From assembly GCF_000143415.4 (NCBI RefSeq), contig NW_003314274.1:2152623-2216622 (forward strand): 64,000 bases of DNA. Direction: 5' to 3'. Position 1 is the first letter of the stretch, and each line of letters begins with the position of its first letter. Below, one piece after another: positions 50,030 to 61,700 of the stretch. Source of the stretch: Selaginella moellendorffii. Taxonomy: Eukaryota; Plantae; Lycopodiophyta. The position numbers were made by a program, and so were the translations under genes. The notes beneath the pieces were generated by a model. That model did not search any database and was not told where the DNA came from. It saw only the letters and a program-made list of their open reading frames with translations.

Positions 50030-51236
50030 TTAAAAGTTCCTGTATTGATCGAGCTGGCGCTTCTTGGCCAGATCGCTGAAAATGTCTGCCGAGTTGCGCT
50101 TGTACCGGAGGAAAAACTCCGCCATCAAGATCTCTTGCTGCTCCGGCTCTAGATCTCCATGAATGCCCTGGACGGATCATCACAAACGCTGTGAGAAACT
50201 CCTCACGCTTCCAGTGACTTCAAACTTACATTCCTAGCGATCCTGTCACAAACGGCATGACGCATGAGAATTCCAGCCGCGACCGACACGTTGAGAGAAT
50301 CCACCATACCAAACATTGGAATCCCGCAAAGTATGTCCGCCTCGGACGTGGAGTAGTCACTGGCACCCCTGCGTGTAAGAAACTACAAACTTAAGAAAGC
50401 TTCTTTTCTATAGCTGAAAAGAAACATCCAATGACGACTAGCTTACTCGTGCTCGTTACCGAAAATCACTGCAGTTGGAATCGTCCAGTCCATTTCACAG
50501 ATAGAAACCTGGCAAGGACGAAGAACTTATAAACAAAAAAAACAAAAAACAAGAGGAAAAATAGAGGTTTTAGTACCGTGTCATGACCTGTGCTTGTCAC
50601 TGCTATCCGGTAACCCCGGGATCTCAATGCCTGGATACAATCTTTTGCGCAATTCCATACCTCAACATCTAGCCACCGTTCTGTCCCTCTATGTGCTCTC
50701 CTCACACCTTTGTACCTGAAAATCACACACAAAAACAACAAATGATATAGACGAAAGCTCGCTCATCATTCCAAAAACTCACCCTTTAACAGTGAGAGAC
50801 GTGATCACATGAACGGACTGGAAGCCAAATGCTTCCGCGGATCTAAAGATGGCGGCGATGTTGCCCGCGTTGTCCAGAGCCTCGGCCACGAAACACGCCG
50901 AGTAGCTCCTGCTGCGCACAACCCGCTCAAAGCGCTCCTTCATTTGCTTCTCCACGAACTCGGCCAGGGAAGCAATCACCACTTTGCTGCTGGATGATTG
51001 CTTCTCCGGTTTATCCAGATGGAACTCGTCCTTGTAGGGGAACCAGGGACGATTGGATGCCGGGACAGCATCGATCAAGCATGCCTCGTGGTTGAAAATC
51101 TCTATAAAGAGTGGTCTGGAATCACAACGTTTTGGAGAATCTTACCTGGGACAATGGCGGGAGGACTCGTTGAAGGTGTTTGCTGCCGCTGGAACGAAAA
51201 CCGCACGGGGGAAATCGCACTAAGGCAGAGCAACAT
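50030..51236 (-). CDS. SpoU/TrmH family tRNA/rRNA 2'-O-methyltransferase, organelle-targeted
   Basis: NAGNIAAIFRSAEAFG, FGNE, IPMFGMVDSLNVSVAAG SPOUT motifs; Ser/Pro-rich transit peptide. Confidence 0.88.
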
Positions 51237-53430
51237 CAGGAAACCCTAGCATTCTCCAAAATGGAAAAAAGTAAATATATAAACACTAAGGGTTACAAAG
51301 AAAAGAAGCTAGATAAATAGATCAACTAGGAGTAACTTGGTTTCTTAGTATGTAAAAGAAATAAAGAGAACTAGAACAGAATAAAAAGAATTGGTGCTAA
51401 ACTCATTTATATTTGTGCTTTTGGGCTTTTATTTTACATGTTATTTATTCAAATAAATATCTTATATTTATAGTAAATTATAATAAAAATAACTTAAATA
51501 TAATTTAAAAGAGTTGTTAAATATATATATATATGTATATACATGTATTATCCTACCTAAATAATATGATAATTATAGTACTAGGATCATCCATTTAAGA
51601 CTTAATATGGTCCATTTATTCTTGTATATAAAAAGTAGTCTAAACCCTAATTAATATACTTATTCGAGCACTCACATTTGTGGAAGTGAAGAGCATTGTA
51701 ATTTATTCCTGAAGGGTAAAGCTTTTTGGCAGTACTTTACTTTAGTGTTTGGGATTGTGTTTCTTGTTTTTATTTCTTTATTCTTTTTTAAATTTATATT
51801 TATATAAGCTTTTTGCAAGATTTAGAATTCTAGCTTTCTTTGTGCTTAGATTTGCTTTTTTTTCTAATCTTCATTGCATTTTCTTTTTCTACCATGTCAA
51901 GAGGTATATCACTTAAGGTTGTTAATGTCATTCTGTTGGACTGAGTTTTTGGTGTTGTGGGGTGTAATTGTATTAGTGTTACACCCATCTTTGGTGTGTT
52001 ATTATCTCTATCTTTTATGGGGATGTGATTATTTAATTTATCATGTTTTCAGTGTTTTGCCATCTCCTATTTATGTGGAGCGTGATCGTGATATTGATTG
52101 GTAAATTATAGATGATGCAATTTAGTTTTTGGAGAATGTTTGAACATCAAGTTTATGGGAGGATAATGTTTACGAGCTTGAGTGGATTCTAAATTGTGAT
52201 AAGGATCTTGATTATTATAAAGATAGCTTTGGAGATGAGTTAAAAATTTCGCAAGGTAAATGTCAATTTGTAAGCCATTAAATTTCTATTTTACTTTAGT
52301 CATTTAACCATGCCTTTGACCATTTGCAGAAGTTTTGCTCACGACCTCCATAAGTCCTATTCTTGACTTAGGACATGCTAGCCCCATGTAGCACACGTGG
52401 TTTTGACCCTTTATCCTATGGTGATTTACCATAGGATAACACCACGAAGCGGAACCTAAACCCTCTTTATGCCACGTGACACAGGCCACGTGTTATATGC
52501 CACGTGTCCAAAGGACAATGGTGCGGAACTTAAGGTTCAGGGCCTTGGGCCACTGAACGAAGGAACGGTGCCAAACTCCCAAGCATGGAGCTAAGGAGTG
52601 ATGGAACGGACCACAGAGCAACTCCTGAGCATACAGCCCAAGGAGCGAAGGGACAAGAGCCCGGAGTGACTTAAAACAATCCTAGAGCAACCAGTATCCC
52701 ATTGCCAGGACCAGCACGCAAAACGGAGCCAAATGGAGTCTGGCACTATTTCAGCATACTAGTGGCCTAATGCAAGGACATGGGTATTCCACCAGCTAGC
52801 ATGGAAAAGAACTTGGGCTTAGACCCAAGCCGGACACAGAACAAGGATAGGCATGCAAGTAGGAGCTAGACTATGCCTCAGGTTGGTCAGCCATGCTTGA
52901 CTTACCCACTATCCCTACTATACATTTGGAACCCCCCCCCCCCCCCCTCCCCAAGGAACACATGTTTTGGGTTTTCACCCCAAGCCTCCTTTAGTATCAG
53001 GAGTTAGTCTCTGGGACAAGCTTGAAACTTACTAAATATGGAATGGCGCTAGATTGCAAATTTGGACAAGGGACGAACACCATTGTGTTCAAAACAATCT
53101 TTACATTCCGTAGATATGCCAAATGAGCAAATCTGAACACATTCCATAAATAGCATTTGGGACCAAAATGAGACTAACACAAAGGGTATGATAGCAAGGG
53201 TGTTTGGAAGACATGGAAAGCTATCATTCAGCGATATTGAGAGACTAGTCTCAATACGTGGGGGTTCTTGATACTAGCAAGTCTAATGACAGGAGTTTCT
53301 CAAACCAGGCCGAGTATGCTCAACAAGAAACACATAAGGTTCCTACTTTATGTTTATCTGATTTAAATACACAGTCACTGACCAGTTTCTCAACTAGCTC
53401 AAATGGGAACTGATAACGGGTCCAGCAATA

Positions 53431-55162
53431 TGTGAGACACAAAATCCCTAGGCCCCAAAGTGGAGCCGAAATGGTGCCACGTGGTAGTGGCCAAAGCGAA
53501 AGCCAAACGAGCATAACACGTTTGGACTAAAAGCTCCAACTTGAAAGGTTGAGAGTGGGAGTGGGACTCTCAACAAAGTGCTCGAGGAACAAGCACAAAG
53601 CGAGCAATAAGCAAGGCTCCAAAAAGGGACCCAAAAGGACCAACACATGACACATGGGAGAGTCCGATATGGAGTCCGAGATGGGACCCGAGATGGAGTT
53701 CGAGATGGACCTGAGATGGAGTCTGAGATGGAGTCCGAGATAGACCCGAGATGGAGTCCGAGGTGGACCCGAGTTGGAGTCTAAGGTGGACCCGAGATGG
53801 AGTCCGAGATGAACCCGAGATGGAGTCCAAGGTGGACACGAGTTGGAGTACAAGGTGAACCCGAGATGGAGTCTGAGATGGAGTCCGAGATGGACCCGAG
53901 ATAGAGTCCGAGATGGACCCGAGATGGAGTCCGAGATGGAGTCCGAGATGGACCCGAGATGGAATTCGAGATGGAGTCTGAGATGGAGTTCGAGATGGAG
54001 TCTGAGATGGACCCGAGATGGAGTCCGAAGTTGAGACCGAGACCGGGACCGAAACCGGGACCGAGACCGAGACCGAGACCGATATCGGGACCGAGACCGA
54101 GGCCGAGACCGAGGTCGAGACCGAGTCCAAGTCCGGGTCCAAGTCCGAGTCCGAGTTTGAGTTTGAGAGGGTGAAAGCCCAAAGCATTCATCTCCCAGAC
54201 CCTAGGGGGTTTGGTGAGCTCCAAAAGTATAGTGAGAGGGAGGACTGCAGTGGAGCCAATTTGGCCAGAAAAGGCTAGTTTGGCCCAGGAAGGCTATACC
54301 CTGTGTTGGGTGATGAGCTGCCCATTGGGAAGTCCAAGACTAGAGTGAACATGGACCGACAAGTAGGGTAGCTTGGTAAAGTGTTCAAGAGTTGGCTCTA
54401 GTTCCTCCAGGAGATCGACTAGCCGATGCTCCCAGTCCAAGTGTGGGTGGCACTACTTACTTGGATACCAGGTGTGGTTCAATGGAACCTCACTCTAAGC
54501 CCATGGCTAGAGCACCCAAAGGCAGAAGGCGGGGAGAGTACCCATGAGGTTCGCATAAGGCCACGGTGTTCCGAAATGTTGTCCCAAAGTCCCAGACTGT
54601 GAAAAGGAAGAGGAGCCATCCTATAGTGTAGAGACCAAGGATATGGTCATGTGAGGAGGAAGTCCCAGAAGACCATGGGATTTAGTGGTCGGGCCTATGG
54701 GCCTCAATCCAGTGGCAGTGTTGGCGAACACGGCCATGGGCAAAAAGGGACTTGGTGGGGACCAGAAAGGGGATATTGGGGAAGGCTATTCCCCATATCC
54801 ATCGGCATCCTAAAGATGATAAGTAGTGGATCTAGGATGATCACTCATGGATGGATGGCTTAGTCTTTGAGAGACGGGACTGGGATGTAGGTGGTGTCAG
54901 ACCACTGATATAACCAAGGTGAATGGGTATGGCCTTAGCGTAATGGGTTGATATGTCAGTGGTACCTTGGGGTGTCAGTCATGGGATCGGACACGTGGAG
55001 CACTTGGACCAAGTGCAAAGGTTGAGTGGCAGGGATGCCATTCTCAAGGCTACCAAACCCAAATCCAAAATAGGACTTATGGAGGTTGTGAGTGAGATTC
55101 CTCCAAGTGGTCGGAGGTGTGGTTAAGTGATTAAAGTAGATTGGAAAAATTAGTCGCTTACA
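53431..55162 (+). mobile_element. Solo LTR family A (inner, youngest layer; 1732 bp)
   Basis: TGTGAGAC...GCTTACA with perfect 5-bp TSD CAATA (53426-53430, 55163-55167). Confidence 0.88.
53660..54166 (+). repeat. Minisatellite array inside LTR-A (11/12-bp GAGTCCGAGATG / GACCCGAGATG units, then GAGACC/GAGTCC hexamers)
   Basis: Directly visible; shorter homologous arrays at ~368-430, 5980-6172 and 56141-56530. Confidence 0.92.
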
Positions 55163-57185
55163 CAATATCGACCTCCTACCATCATGGCAGTAAGGTAAGA
55201 GTGTCCGTAAGGATTGGTTAACAAGTAACTTTCGATACCCGAAGTTACATTCGCAACACCCTATGAATAGAATCTATGCCACATAGCCTTTGCACTTGGT
55301 CTAAGTGTTCCACGTGTCCAATCCCATAACCGACACTCAAAGGTACCACCGATATATCATCCTGCTACACTAAGGCTATGATCATTCACCTTTGTCACAT
55401 CGGTAGTCCAAGACCACCTACATCACAATCTTATCTCTCAAGGATTGGGCCATCTGCCCATGAGTGGTTATCCCTTAACCACACTTTAGCACTATTAGGA
55501 TGCCTAGAGACATGGGGAACACCCTTCCCTAATACCCCTTCTTCCATCCTTACCAAACTTCTCTTCATCGACAGCCGTGCTTGCCCACACCACCACTGGG
55601 TTAAGGCCAAAAGACCCGACCACTAAATCCTACTGTCCTTTAGGACTTCCTCACCATATGACAGTATCTTTGGTCATTATACCAAAGGATTACTTTTATT
55701 CCTTTCCACAATCTAGGACTTTGGGATGATATTTCGAAACACCATGGCCCTATGCAAGCCTTGTAGGTACTTTCCCCACCTTTTGCCTTTAGTTGCTCTA
55801 GCCATGTGGCTAGAGCGAGGTTCTAATGAGCCACACCAAGTATCCAAGTAAGTAGTGCCACCCGCACTTGGATTGGGAGTATCGACCATTTGATCTTTCG
55901 AAAGAGCTAGAGCCAGTTTTTGAACACTTCACCAAGCTATCCTGTTTGTCAGTTTGTATTCACTCTAGCTTTGAACTCCTCAATGGTTTAATCATCACCC
56001 ACCATGTGGGTATAACTTTCCTTGGTCACATTAGTTTTTCTTGGCCAAACTGGCTCCATTGGAGTCCTCCCCCTATTATACTTTTGGAGCTCACTAAACC
56101 CCCTAGGGTCTGAGAGATGAACACTTTAGGCTTTCACCCTCGAACTCGGACTCGAACTCAGACTCGGACTCAAACTCGGATTTGGACTTGGACTCAAACT
56201 TAATCTCGGTCTCAGTCTCAGTCTCAGTCTCGGCCTTAGTCTCAGTCTCGATCTCGGTCTCGGTCTTAGTCTTGACCTCAGACTCCATCTCAGGTCCATC
56301 TCAGACTCCATCTTGGGTCCATCTTGGACTCCATCTCAAGTCCTTCTCGAACTCCATCTCAGACTCTATTGCGGGTCTATCTCAAACTCCATCTTGGACT
56401 CCATTTTAGACTCCATTTCGGACTCCATCTCAGGTCCATATTGGACTCCATCTCGGACTCCATCTCGGGTCCATCTTAGGTCCATCTCGGACTCCATCTA
56501 GGGTCTATTTCAGATCTATCTCAAACTTCATCTCGATACTTCCATTTGTCATGTGTTGGTCTTCTCATGTCCCTTTTCTAGAGACTCACTTAGTACTTGC
56601 TTTATGTTCATTCCTCAAGATTTTCGTTGGGAGTTCCACTCCCACTCTCAACTATCCAAGTCGGAACTTTTAGTCTAAATGTGTTACACTTGTTTGGCTT
56701 CTACTTCGGCTCTTACTATGTGGCACCCTTTTAGCTCCACTTTGGGGCTTAGGGATTTGTGTCTCACACAATCCTTTAATCTACCATTTAATTGATTTAA
56801 ATAGTTGTCTTAGAGGATTATTGATGAGCAAACTTAAAAGTAATTGCTACAATGGCATTTCATGAACTATAATGGTTCTTGAAGTCCCTTGTTTTAGTTC
56901 AAAATTATGGCTTCAAAGTTAGTTTAAGCATTTAATAATTTCATATGGAGTTATAACTAGTCCATATGCTAAAGTACTATAATTAGCATATTACTTAAGC
57001 AAGGTAATACATATATATGTGTTTACAAATCTTACACCATCCTCTCTTCAAGAAGATGAAAAGGTAATAACAATAAGTTAAATGGAACATCTAGAGCTTC
57101 TATTAAGGGATTATAAACTATTATAAAAACTTGAAACTTCCATATAACCATTAATATAGTAGTTGATAAGCATAATTGAAATAAA

Positions 57186-57259
57186 ATTTAAAGCCATGGT
57201 ATAAATAGTAGTTGATTGAGATTCCACAATCAACTACTATTTATGCCATGGCTTTAAAT
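57186..57259. repeat. Near-perfect 33-bp inverted repeat (hairpin, 8-nt loop)
   Basis: atttaaagccatggtataaatagtagttgattg-agattcca-caatcaactactatttatgccatggctttaaat; one mismatch. Confidence 0.92.
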
Positions 57260-57316
57260 AGTAGCTATGGCATAAATAGTAGTTTTGATATAATAACTTT
57301 TAACTATGTGAGAAGG

Positions 57317-57703
57317 TTTCAGGAATCCCCCAATTCTTGCCACATTCCTGACTCTCGCCGGATTCCTGACCTGCAGACCACATTCCTGACTCTCGAGACA
57401 CTTCCCTATTCCTGACTCTCGAGACACTTTTTTATTCCTGACTCTCGAGAAACTTCCCGATTCCTGAGTCTCGAGCCACATTCCTGATAATGATGTGGCG
57501 CCTCCTCGACCTCAGCTATATTTAGGCCGTCCTCGATCCAAGAGTGGTGGAGCTTCATCAACCTATGGTATATATAGGTTAGCCTTGTTCCATTTCTCCA
57601 CAATCTGAATCAACGCCAGTCTAAGGCCTCTTCTTTGTTTCCACTAGCTTTTCTCTTTGTCTTTTTGCATTTTCCAATCTTGATCTTGTCAGGGGTCTTG
57701 ACA
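57317..57703 (+). repeat. 5' LTR with 7 ATTCCTGA-core repeats and TATA box (57569-57576)
   Basis: About 9 differences from the 3' LTR by eye. Confidence 0.95.
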
Positions 57704-57705
57704 AT

Positions 57706-57720
57706 TTGATTCAGATTGTG
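57706..57720 (+). promoter_or_regulatory. Self-priming primer binding site
   Basis: TTGATTCAGATTGTG is the exact reverse complement of LTR 57599-57613; no TGG tRNA-type PBS. Confidence 0.85.
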
Positions 57721-57802
57721 TTTTTTCATTTTTTGATTTAGCTCGTTTTGATTGTTTGATTACCTTTGCCTTTTTTTCCCCCTTTTTCCTTTCTTCTTGC
57801 CA

Positions 57803-58765
57803 ATGGAGTCTCCAAGCCATCCTGATTTCTTTGCTGAAGTCCTTGCAAAAATCCAGTATGAGAATACCGAGTTGAAGGCAACCCTTCTTCGCATGCAGCA
57901 AGAGCTTGCTTCACTTTCGGCTCAAGGATCCAGCAAAGTTCCTGAACCGAAGGTGAGCTTCCCGGCGAAATTTTCAGGCAAGCGTTCAGAGCTTTGCGGA
58001 TTCCTGAACCAAATGGAGTTGATCTTCGCACTTCAACATCGGCGGTACCCTACTCCCGAGTCTCAAATCGGCGCGATTGGGACGTTGCTCGAAGGTGCAG
58101 CTTTGTCATGGTTTTCTCCTCTTCTGGAGAAGAGCATGAAAGGGGTCATGGTTCCAGAGCTGATGGATCTTCAATTGTTCAAAGAGAAGCTCGAAGCATG
58201 TTTTGGCGAGACGGATCGGGTTCGGGCTGCTACCACAAAGATGAGACGTCTCTCTCAGGGGTCTCGTCCTACCTCGATCTATGCTGCAGAGTTCCAACTC
58301 CTTGCTTTGGACACTCAGTGGGATGAGCGGGCCCTGATTGACCAATTTCGTTTTGGCCTCAACAACGGTGTCAAGGATTTGTTGCTCACCATGGAGGATC
58401 CCAAGGACCTGTCGGATGCCATCAACAAAGCTGTTCGATATGACAATCGTCTCTTTGAACATCGTCAGGAAAGTCACCGCGCCGCTGTTTTTCCGTCCCA
58501 GACTCAGGAATCCCAGCTTGAGTCTTCGGGGCATACTCCTGAACCTACTGCTCCGGTTCCGATGGATATTTCTGGTACTCCCCGACTCATTAGAGGGAAG
58601 TTGAGTCCTGCTGAGAAGCAACGTCGAATATCTCATAATCTTTGCCTCTATTGTGCTGATCCTAATCACAAAGCAGCTGTATGTCCCAAGAAGCCTCCTC
58701 GACTGCTCGAGTTCACTCTGCCTCAAAGTCCACCTCTATTGCAGTCAGGAAACGACCCTGTCTAA
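57803..58765 (+). CDS. gag: Gag (capsid plus CCHC zinc knuckle)
   Basis: PAKFSG..FL.Q, LSQG...YAAEF, PVPMDI, CLYCADPNHKAAVC. Confidence 0.9.
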   Translation: MESPSHPDFFAEVLAKIQYENTELKATLLRMQQELASLSAQGSSKVPEPKVSFPAKFSGKRSELCGFLNQMELIFALQHRRYPTPESQIGAIGTLLEGAALSWFSPLLEKSMKGVMVPELMDLQLFKEKLEACFGETDRVRAATTKMRRLSQGSRPTSIYAAEFQLLALDTQWDERALIDQFRFGLNNGVKDLLLTMEDPKDLSDAINKAVRYDNRLFEHRQESHRAAVFPSQTQESQLESSGHTPEPTAPVPMDISGTPRLIRGKLSPAEKQRRISHNLCLYCADPNHKAAVCPKKPPRLLEFTLPQSPPLLQSGNDPV

Positions 58766-61700
58766 ATAGAGTAGGAGCTGTCTGTTTGGACTCCCCAAAT
58801 AAAAATCACTTTTCTTCTCTATCAAGCTCCTCACCACCTTTCATCAAAGCCACCACCAATTCCCGCAACTTCCACGTCCCATGTCTCCTTTCTTTCACCG
58901 GACAATCAGGACTCAAGGCTCTGGCATTACTGGACTCGGGTGCAACTTCCTGCTTCATGGACACGGACTTTGCTGCCCGACATCACGTTCCTCTTTCTCC
59001 TACCATATGGGATTTGAGGGTTGAAGGCATCGGCGGGCATTTTGTGTCTCCATCTTCTGGACTTAGGGAAACGTTGCCCGTTCGAGTACACATCGGGTCC
59101 ACCGTCACCGATATCGCCTTCAACATCATCAGCAGCAAGTCCTCCTCTGTGGTGCTCGGTCTTCCTTGGTTCCAACTACATCAGCCTCAGATCTGTTAGA
59201 AGGAATTACAACTCATCTCTCCCACGGCTTCCCCTGCTGTTCATCGAGTCCGAATCAGGAAAAGTTCCCTAAACTCAAATCGTGGTTCTGTTCCTGACTC
59301 CATAAAGTTTTCACCCTCTTCTTTTTCCTCTCTTCCATCTTACACTGGACCGTATCCTCATCTCATCATTCCATTTAGTCATACGCCTCCTCCTATCTCC
59401 ACAATCACTATGAAAAAACTCCTTCATGAAGAACCTCTTTTTCTTTTTGCTTTGCATGTTTCTCCTGTCAGTCTTCCTGAGAAGTATCATGATTTTGGGG
59501 ATGTGTTTGACAAGAAAAAAGCTAGTGTACTGCCTGTTCATCGGCCTTATGATTGTCCCATTGATTTACAGGAAGGAGCGTCACCTCCGTGGGGGCCTAT
59601 CTATGGGTTATCCCCGTCCGAGCTTAAGGCCCTCAAAGAGTACGTGGATGAGAACCTTGCCTCGGGCTACATTCAGCATTCGCAGTCCCCGGCTGGAGCG
59701 TCTGTCTTTTTTGTCAAGAAGAAGGATGGGAGCTTGCGGCTAGTCATCGACTACCGAGGTTTGAACAAGGTGACTGTTCGGAACCGTTATCCGCTGCCCC
59801 TGATCTCGGACCTGTTGGAACGCCTCGGCGGTGCCCGCTTCTTCACCAAGATCGACCTCCGTGGAGCATACAACCTGATCCGGATCCGGCCTGGTGATGA
59901 ATGGAAGACTGTGTTCCGAACCCGCTATGGCCACTTCGAGTACACTGTCATGCCATTTGGCTTGACAAATGCTCCAGCAGTTTTCCAACACATGGCAAAC
60001 GACGTCTTTCGGGAGTTTCTTGATCAGATGGTGATCGTTTATCTCGATGACATCCTCATCTACTCAAAAACTCAGGAGGAGCATGACGAACATGTTCGCA
60101 AGGTGCTAGCGAAGTTGCGAGAACACGGCCTATACGCAAAGCTTGAGAAATGTTCCTTTGATCAGCAGTCTGTGGAGTTCCTTGGGTACATTGTCACTCT
60201 TGAGGGTCTCACGATGGATCCTGCCAAAGTCAAGACTATTCTCGAATGGGAGCCTCCACAATCAATGTCAGACGTTCAGGTTTTCCTTGGCTTAGCCAAC
60301 TTCTACTGCAAATTCATTGATCACTACTCTGACATTGTCCTTCCTCTCACACATCTCACTCGCAAAGATGTTCCCTTCTCTTGGTCTGCTTTTGCCCAGC
60401 AGGCCTTCGACACACTCAAGGCGGCCTTCAGTTCTGCTCCTGACTTGATCCATGCTGATTCCTCACAACCTTTCTTCATCAAGGCTGACGCCTCCGACTT
60501 TGCCATTCGTGTTGTGCTGTCTCAACTCGGAGCGGATCATGAACTTCATCCGGTCGCTTTCCATTCTCAGAAATTCCAGCCTACGGAGATCAATTACGAA
60601 ATCCACGACAAGGAGCTCCTTGCCATCGTGGATTCCTTTGGAGAGTAGCGCCGTTTCTTGGAGGGGGCAAGCCATCAAACAACAGTCTGGACGGATCACA
60701 AAAATCTCAAGTACTATGCCACTTCCCGAGTTTTAAGCTGTCGTTAAGCAAGGTGGGCACAATTCCTGAGTCGGTTTGACTTTGTTATCAAGTACAGACC
60801 TGGAAAGTTTCAAGGCCTTCCTGATGCTCTTTCAAGGCGCTCCTATCTCAGTCTCAGGCCTGGTAATCCTGCCTTCGATCAACAGGATCAAGTTATCCTC
60901 GGTCCTGATCGGCTTCAAGTTATGGCAATTTCCCTGGCCCCTCAGGACTCTTCCTTGATGGATGCAATCAAAAACGATCTTCAATCCGATGATCTTGCTA
61001 GCGACATTTTCCCCCATCTTCAGGCTGGACACCCAGTGACTCCTGACTACCGGCGATTTGACGAGTTCGAGTTCTTAGATGGCTTATTGTACCGTGGGGA
61101 GCAGCTTTACGTTCCTGAAGGTGATGCTCGAAGGTTGGTCCTGATGGCGTGCCACAATAGCCCAACTGCTGGTCACTTCGGCATTGCGAAAACTTATGAG
61201 CTAGTTGCACGGGACTTTTGGTGGCCTCATATGGACGACTACATCAAAGCTTTTGTTACCTCCTGTTACACTTGTGCCCAGAATAAGGTACCTCGCCACC
61301 TTCCTTCAGGTTTGCTTCGTTCCCTTCCGGTCCCTTCAGGTCCTTGGGAATCCATCCCATGGATTTCTTGAGTGATCTTCCGAGTTCTGGAGGCTTCAAT
61401 AGCATTTTAGTCGTGGTGGATCGCTTCACAAAGATGGCGCACTTCTTGCCATATACCAAGGAGTTTTCGGGCGAGGACATGGCAAAACTGGTATTCAGGG
61501 AAATTTTCCGACTTCATGGGATTCTTACAGATGTGGTTTCGGATTGGGGGCCTCAGTTCATCTCTCATTTCTGGCAACAGTTTTTGCAGCTGCTTGGAGT
61601 GAAGGCCAACCTCTCTTCGGCATATCATCCTCAAACTGATGGGCAGCCCGAGCGAACGATTCAGACGTTGGAACAATTCTTGAGGTGCTTCATCAACTAT

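Larger units (their letters stand above)
52387..55258 (-). mobile_element. Solo LTR family B (~1.14 kb; middle layer)
   Basis: Ends TGTAGC...GCAACA; flanks CCCCA/CCCTA; homologous to 1-367, 8737-9088 and 9506-9780. Confidence 0.8.
52269..56768 (-). mobile_element. Solo LTR family A (outer layer; pieces 52269-52386 and 55264-56768)
   Basis: TG..CA ends; flanks CAATT/CAATC; the pieces rejoin to the LTR-A consensus once B is removed. Confidence 0.8.

Noticed and set aside
53527-54278. Repetitive ORFs (MESE, ETET, RPRP, LGLG) here and at 5886-6286 and 56103-56501
   Set aside because: By-products of the LTR minisatellite; frames are not conserved between copies.
52269-55162. Apparent 2.9-kb DNA transposon with ~100-bp terminal inverted repeats
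   Set aside because: The inverted ends are the 3' termini of two oppositely oriented LTR-A copies; TSDs resolve the region as nested solo LTRs.
57344-57487. Regularly spaced ATTCCTGACTCTCG repeats resembling a CRISPR array
   Set aside because: Eukaryotic LTR U3 tandem repeats, duplicated in both LTRs; spacers are short and related; no cas genes.
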